Shown piece after piece: positions 10,095 through 20,300 of a stretch of 64,000 bases of DNA (position 1 is the stretch's first letter; each line of letters opens with the position of its first letter). A model generated the notes under the pieces. It was not told the origin of the DNA. It saw nothing but the letters and a program-made list of their open reading frames with translations, and did no database searches. Position numbers and translations under genes: made by a program. Location: the NCBI GenBank assembly GCA_963755715.1, contig CAVWLW010000043.1:64001-128000 (forward strand), given 5' to 3'. The DNA comes from an uncultured delta proteobacterium. GTDB taxonomy: Bacteria > Desulfobacterota > Binatia > UBA9968.

Positions 10095-11089
10095 TCACTT
10101 GAATGAGTCACTTACTTTCTGTGCGAAGCTAAAATCAAATACCCGTTCGGGCGGCGGCAGTTCCTTTGGCTTAACGCGCTGGGCCGCGACGGCAATCATC
10201 TCGCGCTGGACCTTTTCATCGACGGTTCCCGTTTGCAAATAATATTGGACTGCGGCCTCGTAGATACGCTCGGCAAAGCGGTCGCGATCCTTGCCGAGAT
10301 CGAGGTAGGGGCCTTTGATGAACTCGACGGCATATCTTCTTGTCACTACGAATCAGCCGGAGAGAGCGTTGGGTCACGCGAATCATTTTGGTCGACCAGC
10401 TCGGGTCGTTCGTTGATAATTGCTTTGGTCGTCGTCAGCCCGCCTTGCACGGCGCGGTAAAAGTCGGCGCCGGAGGCGAGCTTACGAAATCCCTCATCAA
10501 CGGCAAGAAAGTTCTGCGGAATCTGGAGCATGGTGGCATCAATGGTGCCGGCCTTCAAAGCTACATACATCACGTCGCTCGTGCCCAAAGGAAGAAAAGT
10601 AACTTGCTCCTGCGGAACCTTGTTGGCAAGAAAAATCTCGCGGGCGAGAGTTTCGGCCAGGGCGCCGAACGCCGTAATGCCGAGCTTTTTGCCGCGCATT
10701 TGTTGGAGGTTGGTGATGCTCGGCGCAGCGAGCAGATCGAAGGAGGGTTTGTCGCTCATAGCGAAGACGACCCGCACATCGATGCCGCTTAGCGCGGCGA
10801 CGATGGCCGTCCCGGTCGCCGTGCCGAAATCGATGCCGCCGGCCAGCATCGCCGGAATTGTTTGGGCCGCTTTCATAAAAATAAGTTCGGGCTCTAAACC
10901 CTCTTCTCGGAAATAGCCGCGGTCGCGGGCGATAATAAACGGCATGTCCAAAATACTCCGCGAAACATAGCCGATGCGCACAGGAGCCAATTTAGCGGAT
11001 TTTTCCGCAGACCAGAGGTTATCGTAGTGCGATGCGAGTGCGGCGAGGACGATTAAAAGCGATAGCAAAAAACGGGTCTTACATTTCAT
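10095..11089 (-). CDS. ABC substrate-binding protein (SsuA/THI5-like); frameshift near 10390
   Basis: Signal peptide; PFIIARDRGYFREEGLEPEL; C-terminus ERVFDFSFAQKV in a second frame. Confidence 0.8.
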
Positions 11090-11160
11090 GTTTTCACCAT
11101 CCGATTGGCCGTTGATTGCGGCGAACACGAAACTCGAAACCCGAAACTAGAAATACTTTT

Positions 11161-11829
11161 TTACGCGTAGGCGTCATAGATGCCCTCGAACTTGGCGAGC
11201 TTGAAACGCACCATGTTTTTGGCGGCGGCGCGCACCAGTTCTTTCTCGCGATCCGAATTGGCGTTGCGCGCGATCGTCTCGGCGGCCATCGCCGTGTGTT
11301 CCTGGTCGACTTTGCCGTGCACGATGAAAAAAGTCCGGGCTCGGCTATCGAGGCCGTAATGCTTCTCCAGCGCTGCATCGAATTCGTCCGAATATCGCTG
11401 AACCATGGTTTCGTTGACTAGCGCACCGGCGCGGGTCTCCGCCGCTGTGCCGAGAAACATGCCGCGGATGATCGCTGCCGTGTGGGCGACGCACTCGAAG
11501 ATCATGATTTCCTTGTCGAAATCTTCGTCGGTCAAACCCATGGCTTGGCCGAATCGTTTCATCAACGCGGGATGGGACGATTCTTCGACGAAGAGTTCGA
11601 CGAACTGATTGTACGCAGGCGGGTTGCTGGCATTTTTCACCATACAAAATGCGAGCCCTTTGTTGATCGCGTGATTGGACAGATAGTGCTGCATGGCAAA
11701 GCCGGCGAGGCGCTTCTTGGAAAGCTTGCCCGCGCGCAGCTCGCTGAAATACCGGCTGTTCATTAGCTGGTCGACGCCCGGCAATATAATTTCACGCAAC
11801 ACGGACTCGACGAAAGCTTCGTTTCCCAT
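11161..11829 (-). CDS. Heme-oxygenase-like diiron oxidase (CADD/PqqC/TenA superfamily)
   Basis: All-helical; EESSH, VNET and FFIVHGKVDQEH give the E..H / E / HxxxDxxH diiron ligand set. Confidence 0.8.
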   Translation of the reverse strand: MGNEAFVESVLREIILPGVDQLMNSRYFSELRAGKLSKKRLAGFAMQHYLSNHAINKGLAFCMVKNASNPPAYNQFVELFVEESSHPALMKRFGQAMGLTDEDFDKEIMIFECVAHTAAIIRGMFLGTAAETRAGALVNETMVQRYSDEFDAALEKHYGLDSRARTFFIVHGKVDQEHTAMAAETIARNANSDREKELVRAAAKNMVRFKLAKFEGIYDAYA

Positions 11830-11941
11830 AATAACTCCTTAGATCCTTTAAGGTTGAGGCACGGAAACATTCTCAGAGGAGAAAAGGAGTGTCAAGGGTG
11901 AATTTCGCCAGCCCGCGCCTGCGAAATTTGGCCAACCTTGG

Positions 11942-11971
11942 TTGACAGCCCGGCGTGAGCCTCCTTATATT
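11942..11971 (+). promoter_or_regulatory. Putative sigma70 promoter for the alpha/beta-fold operon
   Basis: TTGACA-18 nt-TATATT; a divergent TTGACA on the minus strand near 11889-11894 points to the diiron enzyme gene. Confidence 0.5.
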
Positions 11972-12067
11972 CGGTTGCGCCGCCAGTGGACCGCGGACGC
12001 GGCGGCAATCGACAGATTCAAAGGCGTAGGAATCTCTTGAAGCCAGACAATTTTGAGAGGATATAAA

Positions 12068-12910
12068 ATGGCCACCGCAACGCTCAACGGCGTGGACACG
12101 TACTATGAAGTACAGGGGCAGGGTGAACCGGTGCTACTCGTGCCGGCTTCTTGGTGGCCGTCGGATACGTGGAACGTCGGCGCGGTGCCTTTTCTGTCGC
12201 AACGATTTAAAACCATCGTCTTCGATTGCCGCGGCACCGGCCGAAGCGGCAAGCCGAAAGACGGCTACACGGTCGAGCAGTTCTCTCAAGATTGCATCGC
12301 TTTGTTGGCGCATCTCGGCGTGTCGCGCTGCCACGCCGTCGGGTTTGCTCTCGGCGGACAGGTCGTGCAAGCGATGGCCATCGAGCGCCCCGATCTGGTG
12401 GCAACATTGACTATCGCAGCCTCCGGCGCGGGGGCGAAAACGCTCGCTGGCGGACCGCGCAGCTTGTCGCCCGATACGGAGCGCGAAATCCGCGACATCG
12501 GCTTTGAGCGTTACATCCGCAACTACATCGAGAACGACACGATGGCGTTTACCCCAAAATTCTATCGCGAACATCCGGAAGTGGTGGCGGCCCTCGCCGA
12601 TGCCGTTTGGTCTGGGCAGAGCACGGTGGAGATGTTTCGCCGCCACGAAGACGCTCGCCTCACTTGGGACACTTTGGCGAAAGCCGCCGACGTGAAAGTG
12701 CCGGCGTTGATTCTCTGCGGCGCGGACGACGACGTGAGCCGGCGCGGCAGCACGCCCGTCGGAACGGCAAAGCGTCTCGCCGAGGCGACGCCTGGCTGCG
12801 AATTATTTTTGATTCCGAACACGAAACATATGACTTTTTGGGACGGCGCCGGCGGGTTGGTTGCACTGCAGGAGTTTCTGGTTCGCCACCCGATTGGAGC
12901 AACGCGGTGA
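12068..12910 (+). CDS. Alpha/beta-hydrolase-fold protein lacking the nucleophile Ser (copy 1)
   Basis: YYEVQGQGEPVLLV, FDCRGTGRS, elbow GFALGG, CGADDDV, KHMTFWDG. Confidence 0.85.
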   Translation: MATATLNGVDTYYEVQGQGEPVLLVPASWWPSDTWNVGAVPFLSQRFKTIVFDCRGTGRSGKPKDGYTVEQFSQDCIALLAHLGVSRCHAVGFALGGQVVQAMAIERPDLVATLTIAASGAGAKTLAGGPRSLSPDTEREIRDIGFERYIRNYIENDTMAFTPKFYREHPEVVAALADAVWSGQSTVEMFRRHEDARLTWDTLAKAADVKVPALILCGADDDVSRRGSTPVGTAKRLAEATPGCELFLIPNTKHMTFWDGAGGLVALQEFLVRHPIGATR

Positions 12911-13920
12911 TTTTCTCGCCCGAACTCTTCAAGAGATTTCTGCGCAATGCATTCCTGGGTTTCATTGGTTGCTGCCTTTTTGTCGCTGTCCTGGCGACCG
13001 TCGTCGAAGCGCAAACCAAAAAAGTTCGCGTGGCGGTTCCCGGCTATACCATAGCGGTGCTGTCGTTTCTCGCCGCAAAGATGAACGGCTATTACGCTGG
13101 GGAAGGTTTGGACGTTGAGCTGATCGCGATGCGCGCACCCACGGCGAATTTGGCGCTCATCGGCGGCAACGTCGAGTTTTCCGCAGTTCCGCTGGCCGGG
13201 CTTACGACCGCGCTGCGCGGCGCACCGTTAAAATTGATTTTCTGCCAGTTCGACAAACCGCAGCATTCGCTTTACGCCAAGCCGGAGTTTCCCAACATCA
13301 AGGCGTTGCGGGGAAAGAAGGTCGCCGTTTCGGGTCTCGGCACCATCGACGATATTTTGCTGCGCGAAGCGCTCGGCGGGGGCGGTGTCGATCCCGCACG
13401 GGATGTCACGGTTCTCGCGATGGGTGCGGCGGACACCCGATTTAGCGCTCTTGTCAGCGGCGCCATCGATGCGTCGATGCTGATCGCGCCGACGTCTTTT
13501 TACGCCAAGGATCAGGGATTCCGAGAATTGGTCGCGTTCCAAGATTTGGGATTTGTTCTGCCCAGCGGCGGTATCGTTGCTCGTGACGAAACCTTAAAGA
13601 ACGATCCGATCACTGCGGAACGATTTGTCCGGGCAACAATTATGGGTTTCTTGTTCATGCGCGACAATCGTCCGGGAACGCTCAAGGTCATGTCGCGAAT
13701 GCTTCGAATTGATGAGTCGACAGCGGCCAAGCTTTATGACTCGTCTCGGCCGACTCTGACAAACGACGGCACGGTCACGGGAGAGTCGGAAAAAAAGATG
13801 ACCGGTATGGTCCTCAAAATTGCCGGCGTCAAAGAAGCTCCGCCGACGGATAAGCTCTATGACTTCTCGCTTGTGAAGAAAGCCCATGCGGCGTTACAAG
13901 CAAAAGGCTGGCGCCCATAA
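12907..13920 (+). CDS. ABC substrate-binding protein (SsuA/THI5-like)
   Basis: GTG start overlaps the upstream stop; signal peptide; GYYAGEGLDVELI, ALRGKKVAVS, YDFSLV. Confidence 0.85.
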   Translation: MIFSPELFKRFLRNAFLGFIGCCLFVAVLATVVEAQTKKVRVAVPGYTIAVLSFLAAKMNGYYAGEGLDVELIAMRAPTANLALIGGNVEFSAVPLAGLTTALRGAPLKLIFCQFDKPQHSLYAKPEFPNIKALRGKKVAVSGLGTIDDILLREALGGGGVDPARDVTVLAMGAADTRFSALVSGAIDASMLIAPTSFYAKDQGFRELVAFQDLGFVLPSGGIVARDETLKNDPITAERFVRATIMGFLFMRDNRPGTLKVMSRMLRIDESTAAKLYDSSRPTLTNDGTVTGESEKKMTGMVLKIAGVKEAPPTDKLYDFSLVKKAHAALQAKGWRP

Positions 13921-13966
13921 CCAAGGCGCATTGTGAAATCGAGCAAAGAGACTAGCGAGGTTGAAC

Positions 13967-14800
13967 ATGCCTAGCGCGAAAATCGGCGACATCGACATCT
14001 ACTATGAAGAGCAAGGACAGGGCGAGCCGGTGCTGCTCGCCCCGCCGTCGTGGTGGCCGAGCGATACCTGGAAGGTCAGCGTCGTGCCGTTTTTGTCGAA
14101 GCATTACCGCACAATCATTTTTGATTGCCGCGGTACGGGCTACAGCAGCAAGCCCGATCATGGATACAACATCGAGCAGTTTGCCAAGGATTGTGCCGGG
14201 CTGCTGGGATACTTAAAAGTATCGCGCTGTCACGCGGCAGGTTTTGCGCTGGGCGGGCAAATCGCGCAGGCGCTGGCGATTCAGCGACCCGATCTCGTCG
14301 CTACGTTGACCATTGCAGCAGCGGGCGCGGGAACGAAAGCGACCGACGGCGGGCCGCGGGTGATCAGAAATACCGACGAGGAAGAGATTCGTGAGCACGG
14401 CTTCGAGCGCTTCATTCGCGGTCACGTCGAGAATACTCACATGGCGTTCAATGCCACCTTCTACGATGCCCATCCGGAAGTGGTCAAAGCGCTTTCGGAT
14501 GCGTTGTGGCGGCGTCAGACGAGTCCGGAGCAACATCGATATCACTACGAGGCCCGACGCACCTGGGATACATTAGGCAACGCGGCGAAAGTAAAAGTGC
14601 CGACGCTGATACTTTGCGGCGCGCAGGACGACGTCAATCGCGGCGGCAGTACGCCTGTCGGCACGGCGCGCAAACTCGGCGAATTGGTTCCCGGCAGCGA
14701 GCTTGCGCTTGTGCCTGACGTGAAACATATGACTTTTTGGGACGGCGACGGCGCGCTCATCGCGCTGCAGGATTTTTTGCAAAGGCATCGCATTCAATGA
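13967..14800 (+). CDS. Alpha/beta-hydrolase-fold protein lacking the nucleophile Ser (copy 2)
   Basis: PPSWWPSDTW, GFALGG, CGAQDDV, KHMTFWDG. Confidence 0.85.
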   Translation: MPSAKIGDIDIYYEEQGQGEPVLLAPPSWWPSDTWKVSVVPFLSKHYRTIIFDCRGTGYSSKPDHGYNIEQFAKDCAGLLGYLKVSRCHAAGFALGGQIAQALAIQRPDLVATLTIAAAGAGTKATDGGPRVIRNTDEEEIREHGFERFIRGHVENTHMAFNATFYDAHPEVVKALSDALWRRQTSPEQHRYHYEARRTWDTLGNAAKVKVPTLILCGAQDDVNRGGSTPVGTARKLGELVPGSELALVPDVKHMTFWDGDGALIALQDFLQRHRIQ

Positions 14801-14839
14801 CGTGAACCTTGAACGTTTGAACTCTTGAACCAGCGGAGG

Positions 14840-15912
14840 ATGAATCGAGTCATGAAACTGCGAAATTTCACAGCTGGCATCGTTATGATGCTCGTGAGCG
14901 GATTCGCCGGTGGCTGTGGGCTACGGCCAAGACAAGAGCCAAGGCCGGTAGTGACGGGATCACGCAACTTTATAACGCCGCCAAGAAGGAAGGCACGGTA
15001 GTCATCTGGGGACCGACGGACGCGATTATTTATCAACGCATGCAGGAGGTGCTGGATAAACAGTATCCGGGCATCAAGATCGAGCACTTCGAAAGCATCC
15101 CCGAACCGCTCGTGCAGCGCATCATCGCCGAAAGCCAAGCGGGGAAGCCGGCCGCGGTGGACGTCATTCAGTCCGGTTCGCTGCGCGCGTTGCGGCCGTT
15201 GATCGATCGCGACATGCTGGCGCCTTATCCGGGATGGGAGAAAGACTTTGGCCTCGACGCCGTATACGCCAACCAACGCTTTGTCGGCGCTTATAATCTT
15301 ACCTTGCCGATTTCTTACAACACGAAAATGGTGAGCGCCAAGGAAGCGCCGAAAAGCTGGGAAGATCTCGCCGATCCGAAGTGGAAGGGAAAGAAGATAA
15401 TTATCGAGGCCCGACTGGTGCCATTTGCCATGCTCGGAACCGAGTGGGGCAAACCGAAGGCAAGCGAATTGGTCAAGAAAATTCTCTCCCAGCAACCGCT
15501 CATCGTTCAGGGCGGCACCACCGTCGCCAATGCGCTTGCCGGCGGTCAAGTTTCGATTGCCGTCGGCACTTACGCTTACACCATCGAGCGCTTGAAGAAA
15601 CAGGGCGCGGCAGTGGACTGGATCGCCGTCTCACCTCTGCCCGTGCTGACTTCCGCAGAGGGAGTTCTCAAGACTGCAGCTCATCCAAATGCCGGGCGTT
15701 TCTTCGCCGGGTGGATGGGAACGCCCGAAGGGCAAAAGATCAGATACGCGACCCAGGGACAGGCCATGGAGGTGGGCAGAAACGCGATCGGCAACGTTGC
15801 CGAGAGAATCAAGAGCCAGCAGCCCGCGATCATATTGGAAACCGATAAGACCTTTGCGTCGATCTTGGAAATCCAACGCGAGTTGGGAAAATTGCTCGGC
15901 GCGCTGCGGTAA
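14840..15912 (+). CDS. Extracellular solute-binding protein (AfuA/FbpA/TbpA-like); N-terminal frameshift
   Basis: LYNAAKKEGTVVIWG, APKSWEDLADPKWKGK, AAHPNAGRFF; the signal peptide is in another frame. Confidence 0.8.
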
Positions 15913-15924
15913 GAATAATCGCGA

Positions 15925-16008
15925 TGTCATCCTGAGGCGCAGCCTGCAGGCCTCTACGCCGAGTTGGCCTCACGTTAATCGAGATCCGTCGCTTTGCTCA
16001 GGATGACA
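15925..16008. repeat. REP-like palindromic element
   Basis: TGTCATCCTGAG...GAGATCCGTCGCTTTGCTCAGGATGACA. Confidence 0.7.
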
Positions 16009-16034
16009 CGATGTAAAAACGTGGAGCTGCTAAA

Positions 16035-17805
16035 TTGAACGTCGCGATGAAGCGCGGATTCAAGCGTTGGAATTCTGGCCAGGGCGCGCATCTACCGTTC
16101 GGACCCTTGACCTTCGGCTTGACGGTAATCGCCGTTTCTTATCTCGTTCTCGTTCCCTTGCTCATGCTGCTCTACGCCAGCATCAAAAGCACGGAGGACA
16201 AGCTGCCGTTCGAGTCCACGGCTACCACTCTCGGCAATTACACGGCCGTTTTCACCAGTCCGGCAACGCTGCCGATTTTTCTCAACACGCTGCTTTTTAC
16301 CGCGGGCTCGCTTGCGATCGGACTGCCGTTGGCGATTCTCCTGGCCTGGTTGGTCGAGCGGACCGCCATTCCGGCGCGCGCGTGGATCGGCAATTTGATT
16401 CTCGTGCCGATGACGGTGCCGTCGCTGCTGTCGGCGATCGCATGGGTCCAGCTGCTCGATCCGCGCAACGGTCTGGTCAACGTCGTCTTGCGCGGCCTGT
16501 TCGGATTGCAATCCGACACTGGGCCCTTCGACATCTACACGCTCTCGGGAATGTGCTTTGTGCAGGGCCTCAGGCTGGTGCCGTCGGCGTATTTGATGAT
16601 CGCGGCATCTTTTCGCGCCATGGACCCATCGTTGGAAGAACAAAGCGCGATGGCGGGGCAGAACGTCGCGCAGACCACACTGCGCGTGACTCTGCCGATC
16701 ATGCGGCCGGCGCTGCTCGCTGCGCTGATCTATTTCATCATCGTCGTGATCGAGTCTTTCGACATTCCGGGACTGCTCGGATTTACAGCCCGCATCCGCG
16801 TACTGAGCACGGCGATTTATTGGGCGACCCATTCGGAAGTCGGGCTGCCCGACTATGGGTTGGCGTCGGCCTTGGGAGCGATCATTTTAGTCGTCGCTCT
16901 GATGTTGATGTGGGGCTACCAGCGCTTGACCGCGCACCAAGAGCGCTTTGCCACCATCACCGGCAAGGGTTACCGGCCGCGCCAGGTGAATCTCGGCCCA
17001 TGGCGGATGACGGCAACGGCGTTCTGCGCGGTTTACATTATGATCGCCGTGCTATTGCCTTTTCTCATGCTGCTGTGGAGCAGCGTGCAACCGTTCTATG
17101 CAACACCGTCGGCGGAATCGCTGGCGCGGGTCACTTTTGAAGGTTACACCAAGATTTGGCGCGACGGCAGCGTCGTGCGCGCCCTGTGGAATACCCTCGC
17201 GCTTGCGCTGGTCACTTCAATGGCGACGATGCTGTTGGCCGTGCTCGTCAGCTGGTTCGTCGTGCGGCGCGGCAGACAAGCGGACGGCATGGCCAAGTAT
17301 CTCGCCACGGTTTCGTTTCTGCCGCAATGCGTGCCGAGCATCGTGATCGGTCTCGCGTTCATTTTCGTCTACGTGCGCTTCCCCATTCCGATTTACGGCA
17401 CCCTCTGGATCATCGCGCTGGCGATGACGACGCGCTATCTCGCGTATAGCTCGCGGGCGACGACGGCGGCGCTCATGCAGGTGCACGGCGAGCTCGAAGA
17501 AGCGTCGCAGATGGCCGGCGCGCCGTGGCTGCGAACGCTGCGGCGGATCACGATGCCGTTGCTGGCGCCGGCAATGATCAATGTGTTTCTTTGGGTCGCG
17601 GTCCATGCGATGCAAGAGTTGTCGATGGCCTTGATGCTCTACAATCCGAGCACCGTCGTCGTCTCGACGATGATCTGGAGCATGTGGCAGAACGGCCGAA
17701 CCGCCGACGCGGCGGTTTTGGGCGTTGTGTTAATCTTTCTGTCGGCGGTGCTGCTGGCCTGCTGGCCAGATCGTTTCGATAATGCGGCGCGGCGCGCATT
17801 CCTAG
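16035..17805 (+). CDS. Iron(III)/thiamine-type ABC permease (FbpB/AfuB-like, two BPD_transp_1 domains)
   Basis: MDPSLEEQSAMAG and VHGELEEASQMAGA EAA loops; TITGKGYRP. Removing one base near 17760 gives a stop at 17803-17805. Confidence 0.85.
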
Positions 17806-17816
17806 CGGGATACTTC

Positions 17817-18914
17817 GTGATCAGCGTAAGAGATTTGGAGAAAACGTTCGCCGGTGCTAAGGGCGAAGTGCGCGCCCTGCGAGGCGTGTCGTTCGAGGTC
17901 GGCAAGGGAGAATTATTCACTTTGCTCGGTCCCAGCGGTTGCGGCAAGACGACGACGTTGCGCTGTATCGCCGGATTGGAGCAACCCTTGTTCGGTGAAA
18001 TCATTATCAACGACCGCAAAGTGTTCAGCGCCAACGATGGTACTTTCATACCGCCCGAGCAGCGTCACATCGGCATGGTTTTTCAATCCTACGCGATTTG
18101 GCCGCACATGACGGTGTTTCAAAACGTCGCCTATCCACTGGCCAACTCCGCTAAACGGAGTGAAATCAACGACCGGGTGGGCGGAATACTCGATCGCCTA
18201 AGCCTCGGCGCTTTGGCAGACCGGCTGGCACCGAATTTAAGCGGGGGACAGCAGCAGCGCGTCGCGTTGGCGCGGGCGCTCGTTGCGCAACCGCAGATTC
18301 TTTTGCTCGATGAACCGTTGAGTAACCTGGACGCGAAGTTGCGCGAACAGATGCGTTTCGAGCTCAAATCGCTGCAGGAGGCATTTGGTATTACCGCAGT
18401 TTATGTGACCCACGACCAAGAAGAGGCGCTGGCGCTGTCGGATCGCATCGGCTTGATGCACGAGGGCACACTGCTCGAAGTCGGCGCGCCGGCGGACCTT
18501 TATTTGCGGCCGGCGCACAAGATCACCGCGGATTTTCTCGGCACAGCCAATTTTGTCCCGGCACAGGCCGACGTCCGTGGCGGTATGACATCGGAGGAGC
18601 TGGTCGTGTGTTCGCCGATCGGTAATTTTGTCGCGCGGCGCAGTGCCGAATGGCAGGGAGGCGACGCCGTGCTGCTGTTTTTCCGTCCGGAAAACGTTGA
18701 CTTCAATAATGAATCGGATTTGTCGAGCAACGGTAAAAACATGGCGACGGGAAAGATAGAGCGGGTCACTTTTTTAGGTAATTCCGCTGACGTGGTGATT
18801 CGCTGCGGCACAATCGCATTGCGTGCACGCGTCCATCCGACGCGTGCGCCGGAGGCGGGGAAACTGGTTCGTTTTTCCGTAGCGCCGGAGTCGTGCATTA
18901 TTTTTCCGGCGTAG
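17817..18914 (+). CDS. ABC ATP-binding protein (FbpC/PotA-like, TOBE domain)
   Basis: [32 protein letters not shown]. Confidence 0.9.
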   Translation: MISVRDLEKTFAGAKGEVRALRGVSFEVGKGELFTLLGPSGCGKTTTLRCIAGLEQPLFGEIIINDRKVFSANDGTFIPPEQRHIGMVFQSYAIWPHMTVFQNVAYPLANSAKRSEINDRVGGILDRLSLGALADRLAPNLSGGQQQRVALARALVAQPQILLLDEPLSNLDAKLREQMRFELKSLQEAFGITAVYVTHDQEEALALSDRIGLMHEGTLLEVGAPADLYLRPAHKITADFLGTANFVPAQADVRGGMTSEELVVCSPIGNFVARRSAEWQGGDAVLLFFRPENVDFNNESDLSSNGKNMATGKIERVTFLGNSADVVIRCGTIALRARVHPTRAPEAGKLVRFSVAPESCIIFPA

Positions 18915-18964
18915 GAAATTCGCTTGCGCTGAGAATGCAATTGAAAAATCCGGTTGAGATCATG

Positions 18965-19132
18965 TGTAGGGGCGTGTGGCACACGCCCTCTTTTTGGCAC
19001 GGTCTTCCCCCGTCGAAGACTGTGCTGCAATTACGAAAGGGACCGAGATGTCATCCTGAACGACAGTGAAGAGTCTCGACCGATCGATAAGTTACAAAAG
19101 GCGAGATCCTTCGGCTTCGCCTCAGGATGACA
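18965..19132. repeat. REP cluster: GTAG-type hairpin plus GTCAT-type element
   Basis: TGTAGGGGCGTGTGGCACACGCCCT; ATGTCATCCTGA...TCAGGATGACAT, a 12-bp perfect inverted repeat. Confidence 0.7.
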
Positions 19133-19252
19133 TGGGACACAAGTCTCTCGAGCGGAGAGAGGTTACGGTCGGTGCTCGCGAGAAGCTTTCCGTAAAACCA
19201 GGCCAAGTTTGTGGGCTGAGATGGAGACAGTCGCGTCATTAGGAGCAGTGGC

Positions 19253-20204
19253 ATGACTTCAAGAAATAGTTCGAATGACAAGGATCAGCGGAACAGCATC
19301 GAGTGGCGGCTCTATACCAACATGCTGACGACGCGGCTCTTCGAAGAGGCGCTGGTTCGCTGGGAGCATGAGGGGAAACATTCGGCGCAGACTTTTCCGA
19401 GCAAGGGGCAGGAAGCGATTGCGGTGGGAACTTGCTTGGCGTTGGAAAAAGGCGACGATGTCATTCCGTCTTTTCGAACCCGCGGTGCGATGATCGCGAT
19501 GGGAGTGAGCGTTGTCGAGCAGCTGCGCGAGTTTTTTCACACGCCGTTCGCTGTGGGAGATGCGCGCGACGCGCCGCATCACGCGTCGTGGCCGGAGCGC
19601 GGCGTGATGCCGGGCTCGACGATGATCGGCGGGCACCTGGCGATGGCCGCGGGCATCGCGTTAGCCGATCAATGCAATCGGGCCGGCAATGTCAGCGTCG
19701 CTTTTTTCGGCGATGGCACGCTCGGTTCCGGAGATCTGTATGAGACCATGCATATCGCCGGAGCGTGGAATTTACCGTTGATACTGGTCTGCGAGAACAA
19801 TGGTTGGGAGATGGCGACGACCTGGTCGAAGGTGCGCAAGACGCGGTCGCTGATCCCTTACGCCGAGCCGTTCGGTTTCGCCGACGCGCAACGTCGACGG
19901 CAATGATGCTTTGGACGTGTATCATTCGGCGCGCTGGGCGCGGTCGACTGCATTAAGCGGCCAGCCGGTGTTTCTCGATTGCATCACCTTTCGTCTCGGA
20001 CTCTATAGCTCTCACTTCGGCGAGGTGCGACAGGGCATTGAACCCGATCTCGCTGAAGCCGAACGACGCGATCCGTTGAAGCGCATGGCAGAATGGTTGA
20101 TCGAACACTGTGCTGTGTCAGCTCAAGACCTTGAGAAGGTGCGCCAAGAAGAAGAACAACGGATCGAAAAAACATTCGAGCAAGTCGCGAGGGAAATGAA
20201 ATAG
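19253..20204 (+). CDS. ThDP-dependent dehydrogenase E1 alpha-like subunit; frameshift near 19880
   Basis: GQEAIAVG, ThDP motif GDG...ENN, VDGNDA, DPLKR. Confidence 0.85.
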
Positions 20205-20225
20205 ACAAAAGATTGAATTGTCTTT

Positions 20226-20253
20226 GTAGGGGCAACCCTCCGTGGTTGCCCTT
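20226..20253. repeat. GTAG-type REP hairpin
   Basis: GTAGGGGCAACC-CTCCGT-GGTTGCCCT. Confidence 0.65.
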
Positions 20254-20300
20254 TCAGACGTCAAATATGCGAAAGGCGCAACGGAAGGGAAGAGCTACAG

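Noticed and set aside
12607-12906. N-terminal extension of the SBP ORF 12607..13920 (similarly 6418..8097 and 30087..31214)
   Set aside because: The extensions overlap other genes or repeats; better starts exist at 12907, 7953 and 30944.
16035-18914. Apparent 959-aa permease-ATPase fusion
   Set aside because: Removing one base near 17760 gives a natural permease end (AGQIVSIMRRGAHS*) and the ATPase has its own GTG at 17817. Given the indel rate, this is most likely an artefact.
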